From positions 689 through 64,688 of the forward strand of contig JBCDGN010000006.1 in the NCBI GenBank assembly GCA_038751255.1: a DNA stretch of 64,000 nt, written 5' to 3'. The position numbers and the translations under genes are program-made. This document shows positions 55,056 through 63,481 of this stretch, piece after piece. A model generated the notes under the pieces. The model made no database searches, was not told the origin of the DNA, and worked only from the letters and a program-made list of their open reading frames with translations. The stretch comes from Pseudomonadota bacterium. Lineage in GTDB: Bacteria > Pseudomonadota > Alphaproteobacteria > Rhodobacterales > Rhodobacteraceae. Position 1 is the first letter of the stretch. Each line of letters starts with the position of its first letter.

Positions 55056-56210
55056 ATGACAATCGTTCCCGTCACCTCACCCGATCTCGACGCTGTGGAA
55101 GTTTCCTGGTTCGCAGCGCTGTGTTCGGATGACTATCAGTTTCTCGGGGTGCCCGATGGGGATTTGCGGTCGTCCTGGGCGCATTGCTCTGACATTGTGA
55201 AAACTGCCGAGGCGCAGGGTTTTCGCAACATTCTTTGCCCGTCCTCCTATCAGGTCGGGCAAGACACGCTGAGCTTTGTGGCGGGCTGCGCACCGATCAC
55301 CAATAAGATCAATCTGCTGGCCGCCGTGCGCTGCGGCGAGATGCAACCGATAATGCTCGGTCGGACTATCGCGACGCTTGATCACATGCTTGAAGGGCGG
55401 CTGACGGTGAACATCATCTCGTCCGATTTCCCTGGAGAGAAGGCCGACAGCGCTTACCGCTATCAACGCTCGCGGGAAGTGGTGGAGATCCTTAAGCAAT
55501 GCTGGACGCAGGACGAAATCAACCATCAAGGTGAGGTCTATCAATTCTCGGGCCTAACCACGGATCCGGCCCGTCCCTATCAAACCGGCGGACCGCTTCT
55601 ATATTTCGGAGGGTACTCGCCCCCGGCGCTAGAGCTTTGCGGTCAGCATTGCGACGTCTATCTGATGTGGCCCGAGCCAGTAGAGGCGCTTGAGGGCCGG
55701 ATGCGCGCGGTCCATGCTGTGGCCGAGCAGTACGACCGTACCCTGGATTACGGGCTCCGGGTCCATATGATCGTGCGGGACACAGAAGCCGAGGCGCGTG
55801 AGTATGCTGATTACATCGTCTCAATGCTTGATGATGAATATGGCCGCAAGATCCGCGAACGCGCCCTTGATGCGACCTCATTGGGGGTCAGTCACCAGGC
55901 CGCGAATCGCGATTTATCTGATGAATATGGCTATGTAGAGCCCAGCCTCTGGACCGGGGTCGGCCGCGCGCGCTCCGGCTGTGGCGCCGCGCTTGTCGGC
56001 TCGACCGATCAGGTGCTGAGCAAACTAGAGACCTATCAGAAGATGGGCATTCGGGCCTTTATTCTGTCGGGCTATCCCCATATCGACGAAGCAGAGCATT
56101 TTGGGAAACGCGTCATGCCGCATCTAAAAACCTGTTCTCTGCCGCATGCTTACGGGCGCGTCCCGGCAGAGCCACCACCGACGCCCCTTGCGGCAGGAGT
56201 ACGACGCTAA
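55056..56210 (+). CDS. LLM-class (luciferase-like) flavin-dependent monooxygenase
   Basis: GFRNILCPSSYQVGQDT..LAAVRCGEMQPIMLGRTIATLDHMLEGRLTVNIIS is typical of luciferase-like monooxygenases (SsuD-like). Substrate unknown. Confidence 0.85.
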   Translation: MTIVPVTSPDLDAVEVSWFAALCSDDYQFLGVPDGDLRSSWAHCSDIVKTAEAQGFRNILCPSSYQVGQDTLSFVAGCAPITNKINLLAAVRCGEMQPIMLGRTIATLDHMLEGRLTVNIISSDFPGEKADSAYRYQRSREVVEILKQCWTQDEINHQGEVYQFSGLTTDPARPYQTGGPLLYFGGYSPPALELCGQHCDVYLMWPEPVEALEGRMRAVHAVAEQYDRTLDYGLRVHMIVRDTEAEAREYADYIVSMLDDEYGRKIRERALDATSLGVSHQAANRDLSDEYGYVEPSLWTGVGRARSGCGAALVGSTDQVLSKLETYQKMGIRAFILSGYPHIDEAEHFGKRVMPHLKTCSLPHAYGRVPAEPPPTPLAAGVRR

Positions 56211-57100
56211 TGGAACGGGTCACGCTTCCCGGAGGCGTTAGCCTCAGCCGCCTGGTCTACGGCATGTGGCGCGTCGGCGATGACAGCGACACCTCACCCG
56301 AACATGTGGCGGCAAAGATCCACGCTTGCCTCGACCAAGACATCACCACGATTGACCAAGCTGACATCTATGGTGGGTACACCGCCGAGGCGATCCTTGG
56401 CGCAGCACTGAAATCCGATCCAAGCCTGCGCGACCGGATCGAAATCGTTACCAAATGCGATATCGTGGCCCCAGTTGGGCGCTATGCTGACCGGCGCGCG
56501 AAACACTATGACACCAGCCGCGCCCATATCGAGGCCTCAGTGGAAACCTCGCTGACCGAGATGGGGATCGACCATATCGATCTGCTGCTGCTGCACCGAC
56601 CCGACCCCCTGATGGACCACGCCGAGACCGGTCCCGCGTTGGATGATCTGGTTGCCTCTGGCAAAGTACGCGCCGTGGGCGTGTCGAATTTCCGGCCCTG
56701 GGATTGGGCGCTGCTGCAATCGGCGATGAAAACACCTCTGGCGACCAACCAGATTGAAATTTCCCTCTCCGAAATCCGCCCCTTCACCAATGGCGATCTG
56801 GTCTTTCACCAGAAAGAAGGCTATCCGCTGATGGCTTGGTCACCGCTTGGTGGTGGGGATTTGATGACCGGCTCGGGTCCTTTGGCCGAGCGAATGGATG
56901 AAATCGCGGCACAATTTGGTGTCGACCGGGCCGCGGTCGCCGTCGCGTTTTTGCTGCGCCATCCCGCGGTCATTTTGCCCGTTTTGGGCACAAACACGCT
57001 CTCCCGGATCAAAACCATCTCAGACGCTCTCAAAGTAACACTCGACCGGGAAACCTGGTTTGTCCTCTACGAAGCCGCATTAGGATCGGAGGTAGCTTGA
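56210..57100 (+). CDS. Aldo/keto reductase
   Basis: LSRLVYGMWR..DQADIYGGYTAE..LLLLHRPDPL..VGVSNF motifs. Confidence 0.9.
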   Translation: MERVTLPGGVSLSRLVYGMWRVGDDSDTSPEHVAAKIHACLDQDITTIDQADIYGGYTAEAILGAALKSDPSLRDRIEIVTKCDIVAPVGRYADRRAKHYDTSRAHIEASVETSLTEMGIDHIDLLLLHRPDPLMDHAETGPALDDLVASGKVRAVGVSNFRPWDWALLQSAMKTPLATNQIEISLSEIRPFTNGDLVFHQKEGYPLMAWSPLGGGDLMTGSGPLAERMDEIAAQFGVDRAAVAVAFLLRHPAVILPVLGTNTLSRIKTISDALKVTLDRETWFVLYEAALGSEVA

Positions 57101-57612
57101 TGGCCGTTCATCCCCGCCGCGCGCAACATCATTTCACACCGGATGAAACCAATACCCGCGCGCTGCGAGAAGCCTTTGGTCAGTTCGCCACAGGCGTGAC
57201 CATCGTCACCGCCCCGCATGAAGACGGGGTCGTGGCGATCACCGCGAACAGCTTTTCGTCGGTCTCGCTCAGCCCGCCCTTGGTACTGTGGTCGCCGGAT
57301 CGTAACTCGCGCCGTTTTCCTTATTTCGAGGCCGCGCGCCACTATGCCATCCATGTGCTGGCGACAGATCATGACGCGCTGTGCTGGAAGGTGGCGAAAG
57401 ACGCCTATGGATTGCGCGCCCATGATCTGCCACTCAATGAAGACGGCGTACCGGTTCTGGAAAACTGCCTAGCACGGTTCGATTGCACACAAAAAGCCGT
57501 GTATGACGGTGGCGATCATGCCATTGTGCTGGGTCAGGTGGACCGGGTGGAGATGCGTCAGGACGGTGAGGCATTGGCCTTTTTCAAAGGAAAGGCCTTG
57601 TCGATCATATAA
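57097..57612 (+). CDS. Flavin reductase family protein (probable partner of the LLM monooxygenase)
   Basis: LREAFGQFATGVTIVTA..ANSFSSVSLSPPLVLW..GDHAIVLGQV is typical of the NAD(P)H-flavin reductase domain. 4-nt overlap with the upstream gene. Confidence 0.85.
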   Translation: MMAVHPRRAQHHFTPDETNTRALREAFGQFATGVTIVTAPHEDGVVAITANSFSSVSLSPPLVLWSPDRNSRRFPYFEAARHYAIHVLATDHDALCWKVAKDAYGLRAHDLPLNEDGVPVLENCLARFDCTQKAVYDGGDHAIVLGQVDRVEMRQDGEALAFFKGKALSII

Positions 57613-57647
57613 GACCGGCGTCGGAGGAGGCGCCGCAAGGGGAGGAG

Positions 57648-58241
57648 TTGATGGAGCCAATCCTGGCCGCCATAGGCCTGTTGCACCGCCTAAACGGAGC
57701 ACTTCTGGCCGTGGGGCGCGGCATCGGCATGTTGGCGATGGCCGCCATGGTCGTTGCGATCCTCATCCAAGTCTTCTTTCGATACGTTCTTGGCAACGCG
57801 CTGCCCTGGCCCGATGAGGCCGCGCGTTTCTGCATGCTGTGGATGACCGGGCTGATGGCGCCCACGGCATTTCGGGTCGGCGGATTTGTCGCCATCGATA
57901 CGATTGAAGCGATTTTACCTGGCCGCGCAATGCAGGTGCTCAATTTCTGCCTCCTCTGCGTGACGCTGGTGGTTCTGGTGATCGCCGCACAAATCGGCTG
58001 GAAAGAGATTACCGGCATCGGCGGGCGCTTTGCCACGGCCTCACTCTATGTGCCACTCTCGCTTAGCTTTGACGAATGGTACCGCGTGCCACGCAGCTGG
58101 ATGATGCTATCGCTGTTTATCGGCCTCTTGCTGCTGATATTGGTCAATATCGAGCTGTTGCTGCGCCGCTTGGTTGCCATTCTCCAGGGCGAAGACCAAC
58201 TGCCGCGCATTTCCGATATCGATATGGCGGGGCCTGAGTAA
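57648..58241 (+). CDS. TRAP transporter small permease (DctQ-type)
   Basis: ~197 aa, four TM helices, motif LPWPDEAARFCMLWMTGL. The stop overlaps the next start. Confidence 0.85.
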   Translation: MMEPILAAIGLLHRLNGALLAVGRGIGMLAMAAMVVAILIQVFFRYVLGNALPWPDEAARFCMLWMTGLMAPTAFRVGGFVAIDTIEAILPGRAMQVLNFCLLCVTLVVLVIAAQIGWKEITGIGGRFATASLYVPLSLSFDEWYRVPRSWMMLSLFIGLLLLILVNIELLLRRLVAILQGEDQLPRISDIDMAGPE

Positions 58242-59530
58242 TGCTGATTTGGTTCCTTCCGGTCTTCCTTGTCCTCCTGATGATCGGCTTGCCGGTCTTC
58301 TTTGCGCTGCTGGCCGCGCCAGGCGCGCTTCTTTGGCTGAACGGCCAAGAACGCGACATCACGCTGCTTTATCGCAACCTCTACAATGGGATGGACAGTT
58401 TCCCACTGATGGCGATCCCGTTCTTCATGCTGGCCGGAGAGCTGATGAACCGCGGTGGCATCACCCTGCGACTGGTGGAGTTCTCGCAAGCCCTTGTCGG
58501 CCATCTTCGCGGTGGGTTGGCGCATGTGAATGTCTTGTCCTCGATCATGTTTGCCGGTCTCTCTGGTTCGGCCGTGGCGGACACCTCTGCACTGGGTTCT
58601 ATGCTGATCCCTGCAATGGAAAAACAGGGCTACACGCGCCGTTTCGCTGCGGCGATCACAGCGGCAAGTTCGGTGATCGGGCCGATCATCCCGCCGTCGG
58701 GCATCATGATCATCTACGCCTATGTCATGGGAGAAAGCGTGGCGGCGCTGTTCTTGGCGGGGATCGTCCCAGGCGTTCTGATCGGTCTGGGACTGATGTT
58801 CATGGTCAAACTTATGGCCGATCGATACGATTTTCCCACGGCAGGTCGAAGCTATACTTGGCGGGAACGCGGGGAAGCTGGCTTGAAAGCCTTCTTCCCA
58901 CTGATGACTCCGGTGATCATCCTGGGCGGTATTCTGGGCGGTGTCTTCACCCCGACCGAAGCGGCCGCCATCGCGGTCTTCTATGCCATCATCATCGGGC
59001 TGTTCGTGACTCGGTCCCTGACACTGGGCGAGATGCCGAATGTGCTGACACGCGCGGGTATGACCTCGGCCGTGGTGCTGTTGCTGGTCGGGGCGGCGAT
59101 GTCGTTTAAGACCGTCGTCAGCCTCAGCCATGCGCCGGAACAACTCGCGGCCTTCATCCTGTCGCTGACCGAGAACCCGCTGATCCTACTGTTCTTGATC
59201 AACCTGCTGTTGTTCGTGGTCGGCATGTTCCTAGATGCCGGACCTGCGATCATCATCTTGGGGCCAATCCTGGGGCCGGTCTTTGTCGATCTGGGCGTCG
59301 AGCCGGTCCATTTCGCAATCATCATGTGTGTCAACCTCACCGTCGGCCTGGCCACCCCGCCCATGGGGTTGGTGCTCTTCGTTGCCGCGGCGGTGTCGCG
59401 CGAACGGGTCTCGACAATCGCCGTGGCGATCCTGCCCTTCCTGGCCGTTGAGGTTATTGCCATCTTCCTGATCACCTTCGTCCCGGCCATTTCTCTGACC
59501 GTGCCGCGGCTCACCGGATTTTTGAACTAG
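58241..59530 (+). CDS. TRAP transporter large permease (DctM-type)
   Basis: 429 aa polytopic protein. MDSFPLMAIPFFMLAGELMNRGGIT is the characteristic DctM N-terminal region. Confidence 0.9.
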   Translation: MLIWFLPVFLVLLMIGLPVFFALLAAPGALLWLNGQERDITLLYRNLYNGMDSFPLMAIPFFMLAGELMNRGGITLRLVEFSQALVGHLRGGLAHVNVLSSIMFAGLSGSAVADTSALGSMLIPAMEKQGYTRRFAAAITAASSVIGPIIPPSGIMIIYAYVMGESVAALFLAGIVPGVLIGLGLMFMVKLMADRYDFPTAGRSYTWRERGEAGLKAFFPLMTPVIILGGILGGVFTPTEAAAIAVFYAIIIGLFVTRSLTLGEMPNVLTRAGMTSAVVLLLVGAAMSFKTVVSLSHAPEQLAAFILSLTENPLILLFLINLLLFVVGMFLDAGPAIIILGPILGPVFVDLGVEPVHFAIIMCVNLTVGLATPPMGLVLFVAAAVSRERVSTIAVAILPFLAVEVIAIFLITFVPAISLTVPRLTGFLN

Positions 59531-59553
59531 ACCGAGCATCAAGGAGGATACGC

Positions 59554-60606
59554 ATGCTCAAGCCTATCACCACCTCGCTGACCCTGGCCGCTATGCTGGC
59601 CTTCGGACCGGCGCTGGCCGCAGACTACACGCTGCGCGCCACAGCGAACTCCAATGAGAACGATGAAGACTACGACGGGCTCGTTGTGTTCAAAAACTAT
59701 GTCGAGGCAGCCTCCAACGGTGCAATTGAGGTCGAACTTTTCATCGGCACGCAGCTTTGCTCCAACGGGGCGGAGTGCTTGCAGGGCGTCGCTGATGGGT
59801 CCATCGACATCTATATCTCCACCTCGGGCGGCGCGTCGGGGCTATTCCCCTACGTGCAGGTGCTCGATCTGCCCTATCTGATGGCCGATGACCGGATCGC
59901 AGAGTCAGTGCTCAGCGGAGATTTCACCCGGACGATGCGGGCCATGGCGCTAGAGGACTCCGGCGATACCATCCGCCTGATGACCATCGGAAACACTGGC
60001 GGCTGGCGCAACTTCGCCAACACCCAACGCCGGATCGCAGAACCCAGCGATATGGACGGTCTGAAAATCCGCACCGTGGTCGCCGACCTGCCGCAGGAAT
60101 TGGTCAAAGCGCTTGGCGCGTCACCAACCCCGATCCCATGGCCAGAACTGTTCACCTCATTCCAGACCGGTGTCGTTGAAGGCTCCAAGAACGGCATCAC
60201 CGACATCATGGGCATGAAATTCCCAGATGCTGGCCTGCAATATGTAACGCTCGACGGTCACGCCTATATGGGCGCGCTGTGGTGGATGTCGAACAACACC
60301 TTCATGGAGATGCCAGAAGACATGCGCAAAGTGGTGGTCGATGGGTTCTACGCCCTGCAGCAGGCCACTTTTGCATCACCAAAGCGCAAATCTATCGCCG
60401 CTTATGAAGAGTTCGTCGCCGGCGGCGGGGACCTTTATGTGCTGACCCCAGAGCAGAAGGAAGCGTTCAAAGAGGCTGCGGCCCCGGTCTATGACTGGTT
60501 CCAGTCCAACGTGACACGCGGAGAAGAAATCTTCACCGCCCTGACCGACGCGGTCGCAGTTGCCGAGGCGGAAATCAACGAAGGCCGAGACAAAGACATC
60601 CAGTAG
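59554..60606 (+). CDS. TRAP transporter substrate-binding protein (DctP-type)
   Basis: Signal peptide (AFGPALA-AD), ~350 aa, operon position after the Q and M subunits. Confidence 0.9.
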   Translation: MLKPITTSLTLAAMLAFGPALAADYTLRATANSNENDEDYDGLVVFKNYVEAASNGAIEVELFIGTQLCSNGAECLQGVADGSIDIYISTSGGASGLFPYVQVLDLPYLMADDRIAESVLSGDFTRTMRAMALEDSGDTIRLMTIGNTGGWRNFANTQRRIAEPSDMDGLKIRTVVADLPQELVKALGASPTPIPWPELFTSFQTGVVEGSKNGITDIMGMKFPDAGLQYVTLDGHAYMGALWWMSNNTFMEMPEDMRKVVVDGFYALQQATFASPKRKSIAAYEEFVAGGGDLYVLTPEQKEAFKEAAAPVYDWFQSNVTRGEEIFTALTDAVAVAEAEINEGRDKDIQ

Positions 60607-60622
60607 AACACTGGACAATCTG

Positions 60623-60651
60623 AGAGGGGGCCGCCACAGGGCCCCTCTTTT
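60623..60651 (+). terminator. Rho-independent terminator after the TRAP operon (possibly bidirectional)
   Basis: AGAGGGGGCC-GCCACA-GGGCCCCTCT followed by TTTT, 17 nt after the DctP-type stop, between convergent genes. Confidence 0.6.
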
Positions 60652-60684
60652 ACGAGAAAGAGCGCTTGGACTTTACGCTCCTGC

Positions 60685-61302
60685 CTAAGCGCCTTTGGCT
60701 CTACTGAAGCGCCGAAGTGCAAACAAGCCTCCAAGACCTCCCAAAAGCATCAGAGCAGGCGCTGGCAGCGGGATTGGCGTGTTGACACTATCGACCGATA
60801 AACTGACCGACGGACTGCCACTGGAACGGATTCCAACATTCATCAGCGTTGAGCCAAAGCGTACAGCAGCAGCGGTAAACTTAGTCCCGAGGGGAGCCCG
60901 AAGAGAAACTGCGCCACCTTGAGTCCCAATCGTTCGATTTGGGAAGAAACTACTAGCGACAACCTGATTGGCTTCGTTGAGCAGCTCCAATGTGATATCA
61001 GTGATGTAATTGCCGCCAGGAGGGGGGGGGGCGGAACCAAAATTTTCAAGCCTAGAGATGATAGTCGCGGAGCTGACTGATGCAAAGCTTCGCCCGGCGC
61101 GCAAATTGGCGGGCTGGCCGTCGGTGAGCACATAGTCGAACCGCACACCGTCGAGATTGGTGCCCGGAGCGAAGTCCAGAGTGTCGAACAAAAACCCAGA
61201 AAACCCAGGGGTTATGACAACATCTTTCTGGAGCGTGACCGCCTGGGCTGCCCCTGTCAAAAGGCCAACAGACAGAGCCAACGCAGCGAACAAAACCTTC
61301 AT
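60685..61302 (-). CDS. Exported protein with VPLPA-CTERM-type (PEP-CTERM-like) sorting tail
   Basis: Signal peptide MKVLFAALALSVGLLTGAAQA (start moved to ATG 61302, with GAGGAG upstream). C-terminus PIPLPAPALMLLGGLGGLFALRRFSRAKGA has the motif + TM + basic tail architecture. Confidence 0.75.
   Translation of the reverse strand: MKVLFAALALSVGLLTGAAQAVTLQKDVVITPGFSGFLFDTLDFAPGTNLDGVRFDYVLTDGQPANLRAGRSFASVSSATIISRLENFGSAPPPPGGNYITDITLELLNEANQVVASSFFPNRTIGTQGGAVSLRAPLGTKFTAAAVRFGSTLMNVGIRSSGSPSVSLSVDSVNTPIPLPAPALMLLGGLGGLFALRRFSRAKGA
61022..61031 (-). repeat. C10 homopolymer (G10 on + strand) inside the VPLPA-CTERM-type CDS
   Basis: Counted directly: gcc ccc ccc cct on the coding strand, encoding APPP within SAPPPPGG. 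Confidence 0.95.
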
Positions 61303-61852
61303 ACCCATCTCCTCGTTAACTGTTAACTTCACCCTAGTTAATTTTCATTTTTTCGCAACGCTTAGTGTTAAGCATACACATTAGTCTGATATTAACCTTA
61401 ACGCTTGTTCTCCTTAAGCAAGTGTCGCGCGCTCTCGGTTTGCGAGCTTAGGCTTTTCCGAAGCGCCGAAACGCAAACAGACCGCTGCGTTCGTCGCGCT
61501 CGAAACAGGGCACAAAGCCAGAGAGCGACTCATGATGGCCCGCCCAGCCACCTGACGTAGCGGTCCTCACCGCTATGTCTAAAGTCTTCGCCGAATACCC
61601 CGTGACACTGAGGATATGGTGGGCATGCCTACCGGAGGACATAAGGAAAACTCTCTTGCTCTGTGCAGAAACGTGATGTTTTACCGTTATTGCAGCCACC
61701 GATTCTCGCCTGCTGAACTGTTTGCCATGCGATTGTGGTTTCTCAAAAACCGAAGACCGCGTGGGCTTACAAAGCTTGAAGAGGAAGCCGGAAGACTTAG
61801 GGCATTGCCTTCACAGGTGCGGCGATGTTGTTGAAAGGGAAGGCAGCATAAA

Positions 61853-62068
61853 ATGGCGATGGTTCCAGGAACATATGAGGAGTGGGAGCACTGCATAACT
61901 GTGGAGTGCGGTATTCCCCTGACCGCTCAATACGTCGAAGAGCGCATCCAAGCGCTCGAAAACGAAAGCGACCACCACACGCAAAAGTTCATCGATCGCT
62001 GGGGCAGGCAGCATCACGCACAAACCTTGGGATGGTTTCGGCAAGCTGAGGAACGGCTGCGCCAGTGA
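61853..62068 (+). CDS. Small hypothetical protein coupled to the COG0523 GTPase gene
   Basis: 71-aa ORF with an AAGGGAAGG RBS-like stretch upstream. Its stop overlaps the GTG start of the next gene by 4 nt. The product is charged/helical and no family was recognised. Confidence 0.5.
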   Translation: MAMVPGTYEEWEHCITVECGIPLTAQYVEERIQALENESDHHTQKFIDRWGRQHHAQTLGWFRQAEERLRQ

Positions 62069-63282
62069 ACAGCGCTGCCGGCCCCCTTCCCGTTACCGTC
62101 CTGAATGGATTTCTTGGGGCCGGAAAGACAACGCTCTTGCAAAGCTTACTGGTGCAGGCGCGCTCCTTTCCCGAAGTGCAGCTTGGCGTCATCGTCAACG
62201 AGATGAGCACGCTCGATGTTGACGGGCGGATACTCGACACAACAGAGGTCTTGTCGCGACAAGACAGGTTTTTCGTGTCCATCCCCGCAGGTAGCATCAG
62301 CGGCCCCGAGGGTCTGGCACATTTCAATGACGCGGTTGCCAAGTTCCAAGAGCATGGCGCCACCCATATTATCATCGAAACATCTGGTAGCGCCCATCCC
62401 TGGCCGCTTCTGGAAGCGATCCGGACACATGACGGCCTAGATCTGCGTGGGTTTCTGTCCGTCGTGGATACGGTCACGCTGACCCAGGATCATGACCTTG
62501 GCCGCGCGATTGTACCTGCCGCCTCGCGCAATTTGGCCTCTGGCCAGCGCGGGATCGAGAACCTCCTGGCGGAACAGATCATGTTCGCCAATCGTATCTT
62601 GCTCAACAAGATGGATCGCGTGACGATGGACGTTCTGCGGCAGGTGGCCGAAGCGATCCACCCGATCAATCCCGGTGCGGAAATACTCGGTATGAAATGG
62701 GGAAATGTGAAACTCGCCAATGTGTTGGACATCCCGCCCTATGATCACCATCGGGTGGCGACGCTTGGCGCAGAGTTGACCGAGTGGGACCAGACCCACG
62801 CCACAAGTTCCATGGCAAGCGCGGCGGACTACCGAATAGACAGCACTGTGATTTCAGACCCGCGCCCCTTTCATCCGCAACGGCTGTGGGATGTTTATAA
62901 CCACTACCTGGGAGAGGGCATTTACCGCAGCAAAGGTTTCTTCTGGTTACCGACCCGGGACCGGTTGCAACTGCTCTGGAACCAAACGGCCGGGAGCGTT
63001 GGGCTAGAGATCGTGAACTATTGGAAAGTGGCCACGCTTGAGGATGAAAGCTTAAACCTCTCGCCCGAAGAACGTGACGAGATGCGCCGTCGTTTGCACG
63101 GGCTTTCCCCAGAGTTCGGCGACCGCCACTGCCATCTCACAGTGATCGGTGATCGTGATGGGCTAGAGACTTTTGCCAATGCGCTGAGAGACTGTCTGTG
63201 CACAGAGCAAGAAGTGGCGCTCTGGAAATCGGGGCACATCTTTGACGACCCCTGGCCCAAGACGACCACGCAAGTGTCTTAA
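62065..63282 (+). CDS. CobW/COG0523-family G3E GTPase (metallochaperone-like)
   Basis: P-loop VLNGFLGAGKTTLL, IIETSGSAHP and NKMD motifs, and a CobW_C-like C-terminal domain. Confidence 0.9.
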   Translation: MNSAAGPLPVTVLNGFLGAGKTTLLQSLLVQARSFPEVQLGVIVNEMSTLDVDGRILDTTEVLSRQDRFFVSIPAGSISGPEGLAHFNDAVAKFQEHGATHIIIETSGSAHPWPLLEAIRTHDGLDLRGFLSVVDTVTLTQDHDLGRAIVPAASRNLASGQRGIENLLAEQIMFANRILLNKMDRVTMDVLRQVAEAIHPINPGAEILGMKWGNVKLANVLDIPPYDHHRVATLGAELTEWDQTHATSSMASAADYRIDSTVISDPRPFHPQRLWDVYNHYLGEGIYRSKGFFWLPTRDRLQLLWNQTAGSVGLEIVNYWKVATLEDESLNLSPEERDEMRRRLHGLSPEFGDRHCHLTVIGDRDGLETFANALRDCLCTEQEVALWKSGHIFDDPWPKTTTQVS

Positions 63283-63481
63283 GCCTAACGGTTCGTTGGT
63301 TTAGATTTTGCCGACCTGTGCCTCGCTTTCGCGGCATGCGGCGTCTATGGTCCTGGCATAGATGATACTCACAGCCACCGATTTTCTGCGTGACGGGGTG
63401 CTTGCGCCCAAGGGCGACGGAACTCGGATGTTCCCCCGTTCAAGGCGCGGATGCTGCTAGGAATTCATAGGATGACAAAGC

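Noticed and set aside
58046-59143. 365-aa minus-strand and 311-aa plus-strand ORFs overlapping the DctM-type gene
   Set aside because: Highly charged His/Arg/Asp-rich nonsense translations. The DctM frame gives a canonical polytopic permease.
61500-61852. Cobalamin or other riboswitch upstream of the cobW-like operon
   Set aside because: I looked for the B12-box and for GCCACTG / AGGGAA / GGTGAAA-TCC elements in the right order and did not find them. The AAGGGAAGG next to the ATG is better explained as an RBS. A covariance-model scan (Rfam/Infernal) would be decisive.
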